Source: Myxococcales bacterium (GTDB lineage: Bacteria; Myxococcota_A; Polyangia; Haliangiales; Haliangiaceae). From it: DNA of 64,000 nt. The notes under the pieces were generated by a model, which searched no databases, was not told the DNA's origin, and worked only from the letters and a program-made list of their open reading frames with translations. The stretch covers positions 540,863 through 604,862 of the forward strand of contig JADJFN010000001.1 in assembly GCA_016708565.1 (NCBI GenBank). Direction: 5' to 3'. Numbering within the stretch: position 1 is the first letter of the stretch; each line of letters begins with the position of its first letter. Of the stretch, positions 47,068 to 60,908 are shown in pieces. Made by a program: the position numbers and the translations under genes.

Positions 47068-48444
47068 ATGCGGTGCGCGATCGCGATCGGTCTGGCGCTC
47101 GGCGCGTGCGGCGACGCCGCGCCGCCGCGCGTGCTGGCGCACCTCGCGGGTGAGCTGGTCGAGGGGCTGGGCTGCGCGCCCGACGGCTGTGTCGCGGCGT
47201 GCGTCGCCGCCGGCTGCGACGACGGCCGCCGGCCCGGCCTGGTGGTGATCGACAGCGACCAGCCGCTGACCGCGGCGCGCGCGACGCTCGGCGGCGCCGA
47301 CGTGCCGGTGACCGTCGAGCTGCTCGCCGAGCGCACTGACGGCGCCGTCGTGCGGACCGCGCTCGCCGTGCGCGTCCCGGTCGCGGTCGGGCTGACCGCG
47401 CGGACGTATCCGCTCGCGCTCACCGTCGCCGGCGCCAGCGGCGAGGCCGTGCTCACCGTCGACGCGATCGGCCTGCCCGAGCTGGTGATCGCCGACGGCC
47501 CCGCGCCGGCCGACGGCCGCTACGCGTCGATCGTGCTGCCGACCGCGATCGCCGCGCGGCTCACCGGCGCCGCGCCGCTGCGGCTCGAGGCCACCGGCGA
47601 CATCACGCTGGCCGGCGCGGCCGATCTCGGCGGCGACCCGCTCGGCCCCGGGCCGGGCGGCTGCGCCGGGGCCGCGCCGTCGACGACCGCCTCGTCGTGC
47701 GGCCCGGGCGGCGGGCTGGGCGCGGTCGCGGTCTACGGCGGCAGCGGCGGCTACGGCACCGCCGGCGCCGACTCGGGCGAGGGCGAAGGCACCGGCGGCG
47801 CCATCACCGGCAACCCCACCGCGGTGCCGCTGGGCCCCAGCCCGATCCTGGCCGACGACAACCGCGGCCACGGCGGCGGCGCCCACGGCGACAGCCGCGG
47901 CGGTCACGGCGGCGGCGCGGCGTACCTCGGCACCGCCGGCAAGATCGCCGTCGGCCAGTACGCGCAGCTCAGCGCGCGTGGCGGCGCCCCCGGCCCGGGC
48001 AGCTCGGCGCAAGAGGGCGGCGGCGGCTCGGGCGGCGCGCTCATCCTCGCCGCCGGCGCCGGCTTCACGATCAGCCCGGCGTCGACCGCGGCGCTCGACG
48101 CCACCGGCACCCGCGGCGGCGGCGACGGCCGCATCCGCGTCGACGGCCCCGGCCCGCTGCCGGCGGCGACGCCGGCGCCGTGGCTCGGCCCGCGCTGGGT
48201 CGACGCGCCGCTGGTGCTCGGCGATGGCGCCGCGCTCACGCTCGCCGTCGATCCCCGCGCCACCGCGCCGCTGGCCGTGACGATCAGCGGGGCGGTGATC
48301 GCCACCTGCACGCCGGTCGCCGGCGCCTGCACGATCACGCCCGCGCTCGCCCCCGGCGTCACCCGCCTGTGCGCGCTGGCCCGCGCCGACGCCGACCCCA
48401 CGCTGCCCGAGAACCGCGCCTGCATCGACGTCGCGCGGCTGTGA
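47068..48444 (+). CDS. Gly-rich lipoprotein (LGAC lipobox), hypothetical
   Basis: MRCAIAIGLALGACGD lipobox. Long Gly-rich central region (GGGAHGDSRGGHGGGAAYLGTAG...). Confidence 0.5.
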   Translation: MRCAIAIGLALGACGDAAPPRVLAHLAGELVEGLGCAPDGCVAACVAAGCDDGRRPGLVVIDSDQPLTAARATLGGADVPVTVELLAERTDGAVVRTALAVRVPVAVGLTARTYPLALTVAGASGEAVLTVDAIGLPELVIADGPAPADGRYASIVLPTAIAARLTGAAPLRLEATGDITLAGAADLGGDPLGPGPGGCAGAAPSTTASSCGPGGGLGAVAVYGGSGGYGTAGADSGEGEGTGGAITGNPTAVPLGPSPILADDNRGHGGGAHGDSRGGHGGGAAYLGTAGKIAVGQYAQLSARGGAPGPGSSAQEGGGGSGGALILAAGAGFTISPASTAALDATGTRGGGDGRIRVDGPGPLPAATPAPWLGPRWVDAPLVLGDGAALTLAVDPRATAPLAVTISGAVIATCTPVAGACTITPALAPGVTRLCALARADADPTLPENRACIDVARL

Positions 48445-48459
48445 TCGCCGCGCGCCGCC

Positions 48460-49638
48460 TCAGCTTCGGTAGTCGGCGTTGATCGACACGTACTCGTGCG
48501 ATAGGTCGCAGGCCAGCACGCGGGCGCGGGCCTTGCCGCCGCCGAGGTCGGCGGTGATCGTGTACGCGGGCGTCTGCATCACGGCGGCGGCGGCGGCCTC
48601 GTCGTAGCCGGGCGCGACGGCGCCGCGCTTGACGACCTCGACGGGGCCGATCCGCAGGCCGAGGCGCGTCGGATCGATCGGCACGCCGGCGTTGCCGATC
48701 GCGCACAGCACGCGGCCCCAGTTGGGATCGCCGCCGGCGATCGCGGTCTTGACCAGCGGCGAGGTGGCGATGCGCCGCGCGACGGCGGCGGCGGCGCGCT
48801 CGCTGGCGGCGCCGCGCACGTCGATCGTGACGACGTGGTGCACGCCCTCGCCGTCCTTGATGAGCTGGGTCGCCAGATCGGCGAGCAGCTCGGTCAGCGC
48901 GGCGGTGAAGCCGGCGACCGCGCGGCCGGTGAGCGCCGGGCCGGCGGCGCCCGAGGCCAGCACCGCCAGCGTGTCGTTGGTCGAGGTGTCGCCGTCGACG
49001 ATCAGGCTGTTGTAGGTGGGGCCGACCGCGGCCCGGGTCGCGCGCGCCAGCGCCGCCGGCGCGATCGCGGCGTCGGTGCACACGAACGACAAGGTCGTGG
49101 CCATGTTGGGCGCGATCATGCCGGCGCCCTTGGTGCAGCCGACCAGCGTCACCCGCGCGCGGCCGAGCTTGACCGTGCGGCTCGCCACCTTGGGCCCGCG
49201 ATCGGTCGTGAGGATCGCGTCGGCGAAGTCGGCGAAGCCATCGGCCGACAGCGCGGCGCCGGCGGCGGCGACCCCGGCCTGCACGCGATCGATCGGCAGC
49301 GGCTGGCCGATCACGCCGGTCGAGGCCACCAGCTGCTCGCCGGGCTTGCCGCCGATCGCGGCGGCGGCGGCGGCGGCCATGGTCCGCGCGTCGGCGGCGC
49401 CGGCGGCACCCGTGCACGCGTTGGCGTTGCCGCTGTTGACGACGACGCCGCGCAGCCGGCCGCGGCTGGCCTTCAGGTGGGCCGCCGACAGCAGCACCGG
49501 CGCGGCCTTGACGCGGTTGCCGGTGAACACCGCCGCGGCGGCGACCGGCGCGTCGGCGGCGATCAGCCCGACGTCCTTGCCGCCCTTCTTCTTGATGCCG
49601 GCCGCGACGCCGGCGAAGCGAAAGCCCGCGACCTTCAC
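48460..49638 (-). CDS. argJ: Bifunctional ornithine acetyltransferase / N-acetylglutamate synthase ArgJ
   Basis: ArgJ family sequence with an ATML-type self-cleavage site (NMATTLSFV). GTG start overlaps the upstream stop (GTGA). Confidence 0.85.
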   Translation of the reverse strand: MKVAGFRFAGVAAGIKKKGGKDVGLIAADAPVAAAAVFTGNRVKAAPVLLSAAHLKASRGRLRGVVVNSGNANACTGAAGAADARTMAAAAAAAIGGKPGEQLVASTGVIGQPLPIDRVQAGVAAAGAALSADGFADFADAILTTDRGPKVASRTVKLGRARVTLVGCTKGAGMIAPNMATTLSFVCTDAAIAPAALARATRAAVGPTYNSLIVDGDTSTNDTLAVLASGAAGPALTGRAVAGFTAALTELLADLATQLIKDGEGVHHVVTIDVRGAASERAAAAVARRIATSPLVKTAIAGGDPNWGRVLCAIGNAGVPIDPTRLGLRIGPVEVVKRGAVAPGYDEAAAAAVMQTPAYTITADLGGGKARARVLACDLSHEYVSINADYRS

Positions 49639-50087
49639 GGCGCGACGCCCTGGGCCATCGCCGCGCAGCGCTCGGCCTCGGTGGCCTCCCACACCGGCCC
49701 GGCGGAGGCCCGCGCCCGCGCCTCGGCGGCGTCGCCGTCCCAGCCCGGGGTCGGGGCCGCCGGCGTCCACGCCGCGGCCCGCGCCGCCAGCATCGCCGCC
49801 TCGGCCGCGTGGACCGCGCGCTTCAGCGCGACCAGGTCCTTGGTCACGCCCGCCGACTCGTCCCACGACAGCCAGGCCTTCTCGATCGCCGGCGCCGCGG
49901 TCGCCGAGGCCTGCGCGGCGCGCGCGACGTCGCCGTCGACCAGCCACTGCTGCGCCGCCGCCAGCGCGGCGTCGGTGGGCGCCACCAGCGTCGGCAACGC
50001 CGTCGCGCGCAGCGTCAGGATCGGTCGCGCCTTCACCGCCGCCGCCACCGCCCGCTCGACCAGGGCCCGCTTGGGATCGCTCATGGC
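49635..50087 (-). CDS. Hypothetical protein (~150 aa) between secA and argJ
   Basis: ORF in good context (MSDPKRALVERAVAAAVKAR...), translationally coupled to argJ. No family recognised. Confidence 0.4.
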   Translation of the reverse strand, partial: AMSDPKRALVERAVAAAVKARPILTLRATALPTLVAPTDAALAAAQQWLVDGDVARAAQASATAAPAIEKAWLSWDESAGVTKDLVALKRAVHAAEAAMLAARAAAWTPAAPTPGWDGDAAEARARASAGPVWEATEAERCAAMAQGVAP

Positions 50088-50148
50088 CGAGAGTCTCGCA
50101 CAGCCGCCGGCGATCGTGTCACCGGCCGCCGCGCTCACGCCACCGCGG

Positions 50149-53343
<3,195 letters not shown>

Positions 53344-53506
53344 GGTGCTTCCGATCGTGTGCGGCCCGGCGACTGACCCGGGCCAAGGCGGCGTGTCTTA
53401 GCACAGCCAAACACGCGGAAGCTAACCATCCCCGCCGCCACGTCAATCGCCCAAGGCCAGGAAGTTCGCGGACCTAGCCCGTCGGGCAGGGTGTCGAGAT
53501 CACGTT

Positions 53507-53951
53507 TCAGGCCAGGCGGAACGAGCGCGCGAAGGCGATCGAGTCGCCGCGCAGGTCGAAGCGGGTCAGCGCGGTGCCGATGACCATGCCGACGCCGTCG
53601 CTCAGCTGGCCCGGCAGCTCGGTCCAGGTGCGCAGCGGATCGAGCCAGCGGATGTCCTTCTGGCCGGCGAACGAGTAGGGCAGGCCGTCGTCGCCCTGGA
53701 ACTCGAACTGGTAGCGGATGATCCGGCGCAGCCACGGCCGCAGCTCCATGGTGCCCGTGATCGGCCGGGCCCGGGCCAGGCCGTCGGCGTCGACGGTGCC
53801 CTCGATCGCCGCCAGCCGCGACTTGCGGAACTCGAGCAGCGAGCCGGCGCGGGCGGTGACGGTGAACTCGAAGCGGCCGCCGCCGCGCCCGCCGTCGGTG
53901 CGCGCCCAGGTGCCGCGCATGGTCTCTCGGAAGCCGAAGCCAGGCATGGGC
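53507..53951 (-). CDS. Hypothetical protein
   Basis: 148-aa ORF (MPGFGFRETMRGTW...). No family recognised. Confidence 0.35.
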
Positions 53952-54053
53952 ACAATGTACCGCAATCCGCGGGCGCGGCTGCGCCGGCGATTTCCCGTCG
54001 GTCGCCGCACTTGGGAATTGACGGCGGCCGTCGCGCGCTTTAGTACGCCCCTC

Positions 54054-55598
54054 ATGGCGCACGCCGCGCGTCACGTTTCCAGGGGGCTCGTCGCCGAGCC
54101 CCCCTCGGTGGGGCCAGGTCCCCGCCGAGCCTCCCCCCACGACGCGAGCCGCCCGCCACGCGCCGATCCGCGCCCGAGGCGCGGTTCGGCCGCGCACCCG
54201 TGGACCGTGGCCCCGACGCTGGGGGTGTTCGCTGCCGCGCTGGCTGCCGCGGTGTTCCTCGCCGACGGCGACCTGCGCGCGCTGCGCGGGCTGCCGACCC
54301 GGCGCCCGCCGGCGCCGCCGGCCGCGCCCGCCACCCCGGCCGCCCCCGAGGCGATCGAGGGCGCGCCCGGCGAGGCGGCGCCGCCGCTGCCGCCCAAGCC
54401 CGACCTCGCGCCCGAGCGGGTGGCCGGCGGCCACGCGCCGTCGGTCCCGGGCAAGACCGTCGAGGACACCTGCCTGGCCCCGGCCGGCGCGACCACCGGC
54501 TGCACCCGCTGGGCGCTCGACGACTTCTACGCCGCGCTGGCCGCGACCGAGCAGGGCACCGCGCGGCGGCCGGCCCGGCTGTCGTGGTACGGCGACTCGG
54601 TGTCGGCCACCGACGCGCTGCCCGGGCGCATCCGCGCGCGGCTGCAGGACGTGTTCGGCGACGGCGGCCCCGGCTTCGTCCACGCGGTCGCGCCGCACCG
54701 CTTCAACCACAGCCTGGCGGTCGCGCGCACCGCGTCGGGCTCGTGGCGCTCGTTCGGCGTGTCGTTGGCCAACGTCGGCGATCACCTCTACGGCCTGGGC
54801 AACGCCACCGCCGAGGGCCAGGGCACGATCAAGCTCTCGGCCAAGACCCCGAGCGGCAAGCTGACCTCGGTCGACGTCTACTACCTGGCCCAGCCCAGCG
54901 GCGGCACCGCCGAGCTCGACGTCGACGGCGAGGTCAAGGCGACGATCGACACCAGCGCCGAGAAGAAGACCGCGCGCTTCGAGACGGTGCGGGTGCCGGA
55001 CGGCGACCACCAGATCCAGCTGAAGGCCACCGGCAAGGTGCGGCTGTTCGGGTTCGCGCTCGAGCGCGACGCCGGCGTCGTGGTCGACAACATGGCGCTG
55101 GTGTCGGCCACCGCCAAGAACATGCTGCTCAACCAGGCCGACCACTGGAAGGCGCAGCTGGCCCACCGCGCGCCCGACCTGGTCATGATCATGATCGGCA
55201 CCAACGAGGCGCAGTGGCTGTCGGGCAGCGAGCGCTCGATGGCCGAGTACGAGGAGATCTGGCGGAAGCTGCTGACGCCGGTGCGGGCGGCGCGGCCCAC
55301 CGGCGCGTGCCTGGTGGTGTCGCCGCTCGATCAGGCCGAGGCCGACGGCGACGACCTGCGGGCCCGGCGCGGCATGCCGGCGATGGTCGCGACCCAGCGC
55401 AAGGTGGCGTTCGAGCTCGGCTGCGGGTTCTGGGACACGTTCACCTGGATGGGCGGCTCGGGGGCGTCGATCAAGTGGCGCAAGCGCGGCCTGGTGGGCA
55501 CCGACTTCGCCCACCTGTCGGGCCGCGGCACGGCGATGGTCGCCGACGGGCTGGCGGACGCGCTGGTCGCGGGCTACAAGGCCTACAAGGGTCGGTGA
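54054..55598 (+). CDS. SGNH/GDSL-like hydrolase with N-terminal membrane anchor (AlgJ/AlgX-like putative polysaccharide O-acetyltransferase)
   Basis: An internal hydrophobic anchor followed by the LSWYGDSVSA block (GDS motif), and IMIGTNE-type blocks. Start uncertain. Confidence 0.6.
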   Translation: MAHAARHVSRGLVAEPPSVGPGPRRASPHDASRPPRADPRPRRGSAAHPWTVAPTLGVFAAALAAAVFLADGDLRALRGLPTRRPPAPPAAPATPAAPEAIEGAPGEAAPPLPPKPDLAPERVAGGHAPSVPGKTVEDTCLAPAGATTGCTRWALDDFYAALAATEQGTARRPARLSWYGDSVSATDALPGRIRARLQDVFGDGGPGFVHAVAPHRFNHSLAVARTASGSWRSFGVSLANVGDHLYGLGNATAEGQGTIKLSAKTPSGKLTSVDVYYLAQPSGGTAELDVDGEVKATIDTSAEKKTARFETVRVPDGDHQIQLKATGKVRLFGFALERDAGVVVDNMALVSATAKNMLLNQADHWKAQLAHRAPDLVMIMIGTNEAQWLSGSERSMAEYEEIWRKLLTPVRAARPTGACLVVSPLDQAEADGDDLRARRGMPAMVATQRKVAFELGCGFWDTFTWMGGSGASIKWRKRGLVGTDFAHLSGRGTAMVADGLADALVAGYKAYKGR

Positions 55599-56998
55599 TC
55601 GCTCCGCGCTTCATAGCCGCGCTGTTCGCGCTCGGCGCCTGCAGCAGCACGTCGTCGGACGCGATGCCGCGCAGCCCGTCGACCGCCGAGGCCGCGCCGC
55701 CGCCCGCGCTGACCGACGCCGGCGTCGACGACGCGCCGCCCGACGCCGCCGCGATCCTGCCGGTCTTGACCGCGCCGGCCGGGGCCCTCGACGGGTTCCA
55801 CGCCGCGCTCGATCGCGCCGCGGCCAAGGATCCCGGCGGCCGCGCGCTGGTGCTGGTGTTCGGCGACTCGCACACCGCCGGCGATCAGCTGACCGGCACG
55901 CTGCGCCGCGAGCTGGGCAAGCACTTCGGCCAGGGCGGGCGCGGGTTCGTGCTGCCGGGCAAGCCGGCGATCCGCCACTACTACCTGCGCGACGTGGCCT
56001 ACGGCTCGAGCGGCAAGTGGCAGGCCGAGCTGGGCGGCAAGCGCGACAACCTCGAGCCGTTCGGGCTGGCCGGCGTGCGCAGCCACACCGCGGACAAGAA
56101 GGCCACCGCGTGGGTCGCGACCTGCGGCAGCTGCCCGGTCGACAAGGTCGCGCGCTTCGACATCTTCCACCTGCGGACCAAGGCCTCGGGGGCGTTCAGC
56201 TACCAGGTCGACGACGGCGCGTGGATCAAGGTCGCGACCAAGCTGCCGGCCAGCGCCGCCGAGGCCCAGCTGCCGGCGGTGACCTCGGTCGACGTGCCCG
56301 ACGGCCGCCACAAGCTGGCGCTCAAGCCGGCCGGCGGCGGCCCGATCGAGCTGTTCGGCGTGGCGCTCGAGCGCACCACGCCCGGCGTGGTGGTCGACGC
56401 GCTCGGCGTGGTCGGCCGCCGCCTGACCCACCTGCGATCGTGGGACTGGTCGGTCATCGGGCCCCAGGTGTCGGCGCGGGCGCCGGCGCTGGTGATCCTG
56501 CAGTACGGCACCAACGAGGCCGACGACCCGAAGCTCGACCTGGCGGCGCTGGCCGCCGCCTACGACGAGGTGATCGCCGACGTCCGGGCCGCCGCGCCCG
56601 GCGCGTCGATCTTGATCCTGGGGCCGCCCGACATGGGCGAGCGCGACGCCGGGGCCGCCTGCGACAAGCTGCGGCCGCCGCCCGACGCCGACGCCGGCGT
56701 GCCGTACGAGTGCCAGTGGCACACCCCCGGGGTGCTGCCGCTGGTGATCGACGTGCAACGCCAGGCGGCCGCGCGCAACCAGGTCGCGTTCTTCGACACG
56801 TTCGCCGCCATGGGAGGCGGCAACCTGATGGACACGTTCTTCCACGCCGATCCACCGCTGGCGTACTCCGACCACATCCACTTCACGCAGGCCGGCTACG
56901 AGCAGTGGGGGCGCGCGCTCGGCGCGGCGCTGCTCGACGATCACGCCCGCTGGACCCAGACCGACCCGACCGCGCGCTCCTCCGGCCACCGGCCGTAG
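55595..56998 (+). CDS. SGNH/GDSL-like hydrolase lipoprotein (second AlgJ/AlgX-like paralog)
   Basis: Lipobox FALGACSS. LVLVFGDSHTAGD block I and ILQYGTNEAD block. GTG start overlaps the upstream stop (GTGA). Confidence 0.65.
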   Translation: MIAPRFIAALFALGACSSTSSDAMPRSPSTAEAAPPPALTDAGVDDAPPDAAAILPVLTAPAGALDGFHAALDRAAAKDPGGRALVLVFGDSHTAGDQLTGTLRRELGKHFGQGGRGFVLPGKPAIRHYYLRDVAYGSSGKWQAELGGKRDNLEPFGLAGVRSHTADKKATAWVATCGSCPVDKVARFDIFHLRTKASGAFSYQVDDGAWIKVATKLPASAAEAQLPAVTSVDVPDGRHKLALKPAGGGPIELFGVALERTTPGVVVDALGVVGRRLTHLRSWDWSVIGPQVSARAPALVILQYGTNEADDPKLDLAALAAAYDEVIADVRAAAPGASILILGPPDMGERDAGAACDKLRPPPDADAGVPYECQWHTPGVLPLVIDVQRQAAARNQVAFFDTFAAMGGGNLMDTFFHADPPLAYSDHIHFTQAGYEQWGRALGAALLDDHARWTQTDPTARSSGHRP

Positions 56999-57001
56999 GC
57001 C

Positions 57002-59347
57002 ATGCTCTTCTCGAGCCCGCAATACCCGCTGTTCCTGGCAGCGGTGTTCTTCCTGTACGGCCTGGCGCGCACCGGGCGGTGGCCGGCGTCGATCGCGCGC
57101 GTCGCGCTGATGCTGCTCCTGGCCGACGTGGTCTACGTGCTGCTCACCCACGACGTGGGCACGCTGTGGGATCCGGTCGGCGGCACGGTGCTGGCGTGGA
57201 TCACCGACTCGCCGGCGCCGTCGGCGTGGCGCTGGCCGCTGGGGCTGATCGTGGTCGGCGGCGCGTTCCGGCTCGGGCACGACCTGGCCGGCCGCCACCG
57301 GGCGGTGCCGACCACCGTCGCGCCGGTGGCCCCGGCCCGGGCCGCGGCGCCGCGGGCGGTCGCGCGCAAGAAGGGCAAGGGCAAGAAGCAGGGCAAGCGC
57401 GGGCCGTCGCCGCGGCCGGTCGCGCCGACCACCGTCGCGGTCACCGGCGATCCGATCGCCGCCGAGCGGGTCAGCGCGTGGACCGGGCACGCGCTGGCCG
57501 GCGCGCTGGTCGCGCTCGGGCTGATCGTGCTGATCGGCGGCCGCACCGGCACGCTGCCGGCGTTCACCAGCGCGTTCGCCCACGTCGGCCACCTGATCTA
57601 CCTGTGCGGCGTCGGCTTCGCGCTCGGCGCGGCGCAGACCGAGCGCGGCCGGCACCTGGGCCGGGTGCTGATCCTCGGCCTGGTCAGCGCGGTCTTCTAC
57701 CACGCATGGGCCGCGGGCCAGCACGGCGCCTACCAGTACCTGCTGGCGCTGATCGCCGCGACGATCGTCCTCGACTTCTACCTGGCGCGCGCGATCGAGG
57801 CCAGCGAGCGCCACGGCGTGCGGCTGACGCTGCTGATCGTCTCGCTGGTGTCGAACCTCGGCATCCTCGCGGTGTTCAAGTACGCCGACTTCCTGCGGCT
57901 CGACGTGCTGCACACCGGCGGCGCGCCGTGGAAGCTGATCCTGCCGGCCGGCATCTCGTTCCACACCTTCCAGTCGCTGAGCTACACCGTCGACGTCTAC
58001 CGCCGCGAGATCCGCGCGACCCGCTCGGTGATCGAGCTGGCGACGTTCGTGCTGTTCTTCCCGCAGCTGGTGGCCGGCCCGATCGTCCGCGCCACCGAGC
58101 TGTTGCCGCAGCTGCGCGACCTGCCGCTGTTCGATCACGGCCGCGCCGCCGACGGGCTGTTCCGGATCGTCGTCGGGCTGGCCAAGAAGATCGCGATCGC
58201 CGACTTCCTCGGCGACGCGCTGGCCGATCGGGTGTTCGCCCACCCCGAGCTGTACTCGTCGGCGGAGGTCGGCGCCGGCGTGGTCGCCTACGCGTTCCAG
58301 ATCTACCTGGACTTCTCGGCGTACTCCGACATCGCGATCGGCTCGGCGCAGCTCCTGGGCTTCACGCTGCCCGAGAACTTCCGCACGCCGTACCGCTCGG
58401 CGTCGCTGCAGGAGTTCTGGCGGCGCTGGCACATCTCGCTGTCGTCGTGGCTGCGCGACTACCTGTACATCCCGCTGGGCGGCAACCGGGGCGGCGAGCT
58501 GACCACCTACCGCAACCTGATCCTGACGATGCTGCTGGGCGGGCTGTGGCACGGCGCCAGCTGGACGTTCATCGTCTGGGGCCTGCTGCACGGCGGCGGG
58601 CTGGCGGTGACGCGCATCTACCAGCGCGCCGCGCGGCGCGGGCGGGTGCTGGCGATCGCGGCCGCGGCGTTCGGGCTCGGCGTCGGCGTCGAGCTGCTCG
58701 GGCTGGCGCCGAGCCGGCCGTGGGCGCACCTGGCGTTCGCGTGGGCGTTCACGGTGCCGCTGTGGGCGGCGTTGACCGCGATCCTCGAGGGGCTGCCAGC
58801 GCCGACGATCGTCGGCCGGCCGCGGCCCGCGCTGGCGCTGTGGCTGCGGCTGGCCGCGGCCGCGCAGGTCGGGGTCGCGCTGGCGGCGCTGCAGTGGGGG
58901 CCGAGCGCGCTGGTCATCCCGCTGATCATCCTGATCGCGGCGCTGACCTGGGCCGCCGACGCCGCCGAGGTCGGGCCGACCGTCGACGCGGCGCTGCGCT
59001 GGCTCGGGTGGGCCGCGGCGCGGGGCGCGGCGGTGGTGCTGGTGTTCGCCTACGTGTGCCTGGCGTGGATCTTCTTCCGCGCCCAGAGCTTCGCGCAGGC
59101 GCTGGCGGTGCTGCGCCGGCTGGGCGCGCACGAGTACGATCACCCCAACCTGATCCGCGTCGTCTTGACGGCGCTGGTGGCGGCGCTGGTCGCGCACTGG
59201 TTCGCGCCGCGGACGTTCGCCGAGCTGCGCCGGCGGTTCGTCGCCGCGCACCCGATCGTCCAGGGCCTGGCGCTGGCGGCGGCGGCGCTGGTGCTACGCG
59301 AGCTGGCCCACCCCAAGATCGTGCCGTTCATCTACTTCCAGTTCTGA
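57002..59347 (+). CDS. Membrane-bound O-acyltransferase (MBOAT; AlgI/DltB-like), unusually long (781 aa)
   Basis: MBOAT core with the conserved His (WRRWHISLSSWLRDYLYIPLGG...LWHGASW). Additional N- and C-terminal membrane extensions. Confidence 0.8.
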   Translation: MLFSSPQYPLFLAAVFFLYGLARTGRWPASIARVALMLLLADVVYVLLTHDVGTLWDPVGGTVLAWITDSPAPSAWRWPLGLIVVGGAFRLGHDLAGRHRAVPTTVAPVAPARAAAPRAVARKKGKGKKQGKRGPSPRPVAPTTVAVTGDPIAAERVSAWTGHALAGALVALGLIVLIGGRTGTLPAFTSAFAHVGHLIYLCGVGFALGAAQTERGRHLGRVLILGLVSAVFYHAWAAGQHGAYQYLLALIAATIVLDFYLARAIEASERHGVRLTLLIVSLVSNLGILAVFKYADFLRLDVLHTGGAPWKLILPAGISFHTFQSLSYTVDVYRREIRATRSVIELATFVLFFPQLVAGPIVRATELLPQLRDLPLFDHGRAADGLFRIVVGLAKKIAIADFLGDALADRVFAHPELYSSAEVGAGVVAYAFQIYLDFSAYSDIAIGSAQLLGFTLPENFRTPYRSASLQEFWRRWHISLSSWLRDYLYIPLGGNRGGELTTYRNLILTMLLGGLWHGASWTFIVWGLLHGGGLAVTRIYQRAARRGRVLAIAAAAFGLGVGVELLGLAPSRPWAHLAFAWAFTVPLWAALTAILEGLPAPTIVGRPRPALALWLRLAAAAQVGVALAALQWGPSALVIPLIILIAALTWAADAAEVGPTVDAALRWLGWAAARGAAVVLVFAYVCLAWIFFRAQSFAQALAVLRRLGAHEYDHPNLIRVVLTALVAALVAHWFAPRTFAELRRRFVAAHPIVQGLALAAAALVLRELAHPKIVPFIYFQF

Positions 59348-59465
59348 TCGCGTCACGACGCGGCCACGCGATCGTCGAGCTCGACCTCGACGGCCGCGGC
59401 GCGCGCGAGCGGCTGGTGCCGACCGCGTGCGACGGCGACGGCACCTGCGGTGAGCCCGGTCGCCG

Positions 59466-60908
59466 TCAGCGCGGGGCCGCGGGGCCGGCCGCGGTGATCG
59501 CGGGCGCGGCCCGGGCGGTGGCCTGCAGCTCCGCGAACGCGGCCCGCACGTCGGCGGCCAGCGCGTCGAGGTCGGGCACGGTGTGCCAGCAGGTGACCAG
59601 GCCGACGTCGAGGCTGCCGGCGTAGCTGAACAGCGCCACGCCGACCGCCTGGCGCTCGAACAGCGGCACCAGCGGGTAGATGCCCTCGAGCCGCGCGCCC
59701 AGCAGGTACAGCGGCATCGGCGGGCCGGGCACGTTGGTGACCGTGACGTTGAACGCGCGCAGCCGCGCCGCCAGCCGGAACACGTTCGACACCAGCCCGG
59801 TGGCGATCGCGTCGGCGATCTGCTCGAACAGCGCCACGCCGGCGACCTGGTCGGACTCGGTGCGCAGGCGCCGCGACGCGGCGCTGACCGCCGCCAGCCG
59901 CCGCGTCGGATCGGCCAGCTCGATCGGCAGCGGCACCAGCAGCATCGCGACGTGGTTGCCGCCGGCGGCGTCGGTCGCGGCGCGGATGTTCACCGGCATC
60001 AGCGCGCGCAGCGATCCGAGGGCCTCGGGATCGTCGCCGTGGCGCTGCAGGTAGCGGCGCAGCCCGCCGGTCACGGTGGCCAGCACGACGTCGTTGATGG
60101 TGCCGCCGAGCGCCGCCTTCACCTGCTTGATCGCCGCGAGGTCGAAGCCCAGCGTGGTGAAGCGGCGGTGCGGGCCGATGCGCGGCGGGTTGAGGCGGGT
60201 GGCCGGCGCCGGCGCCAGCCCGGCCCGCAGCGCCTCGACGATGCCGCGGCCGCTGGCCCGCAGCTCGGCGGGCACGCCGGTGCGCAGGTGGTCCCGCGCC
60301 CACCGCAGCCCGGCGCCGACCCGGCGGTTGTGGTGACCGATCTCGGCGCGCAGGAGCTCGGCGCCGCCGGGGCGGGGGCGCGGCGTCCACGGCGGCGCGG
60401 CGGCGACGCTGGCGTCGGGGGTGAAGCGCAGCAGCTGGGCCAGCAGATCGGCGCCGGCGACGCCGTCGATCATCGCGTGGTGGACCTTGGTGATCAGCGC
60501 GAACCGCCGGTCGCGCAGGCCCTCGACGATCCACGCCTCCCACAGCGGGTGGTCGCGGTCGAGGCGCTGGCTGAACAGCCGGCCGGCCAGCGCGTCGAGC
60601 TGGGCGTCGTCGCCCGGCGCCGGCAGGCGGGCGTGGCGGACGTGGAAGTCGAGCACGAAGCGCTCGTCGTCGACCCACACCGGCTGGCCGACCACCGGCA
60701 CCCGCACCATCCGCTGCCGGTAGCGCGGCAGGCGCGCGATCGCGCCGCCGATGTAGGCCCGCACCCGCGCGGCGTCGACCGCGCCGGTGGCGTCGACCAG
60801 CTCGCCGCCGGCGAACACGCACACCGCGCCCACCGCCATCGACGAGCGCGGCGTCTCGATCTCGAGGAAGGAGGCGTCCAGCGCGGACAGCCGCTCGAAA
60901 TGACTCAT
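59466..60908 (-). CDS. Wax ester synthase / diacylglycerol acyltransferase (WS/DGAT)
   Basis: HHAMIDG active-site motif (HHxxxDG). About 480 aa. Confidence 0.85.
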   Translation of the reverse strand: MSHFERLSALDASFLEIETPRSSMAVGAVCVFAGGELVDATGAVDAARVRAYIGGAIARLPRYRQRMVRVPVVGQPVWVDDERFVLDFHVRHARLPAPGDDAQLDALAGRLFSQRLDRDHPLWEAWIVEGLRDRRFALITKVHHAMIDGVAGADLLAQLLRFTPDASVAAAPPWTPRPRPGGAELLRAEIGHHNRRVGAGLRWARDHLRTGVPAELRASGRGIVEALRAGLAPAPATRLNPPRIGPHRRFTTLGFDLAAIKQVKAALGGTINDVVLATVTGGLRRYLQRHGDDPEALGSLRALMPVNIRAATDAAGGNHVAMLLVPLPIELADPTRRLAAVSAASRRLRTESDQVAGVALFEQIADAIATGLVSNVFRLAARLRAFNVTVTNVPGPPMPLYLLGARLEGIYPLVPLFERQAVGVALFSYAGSLDVGLVTCWHTVPDLDALAADVRAAFAELQATARAAPAITAAGPAAPR

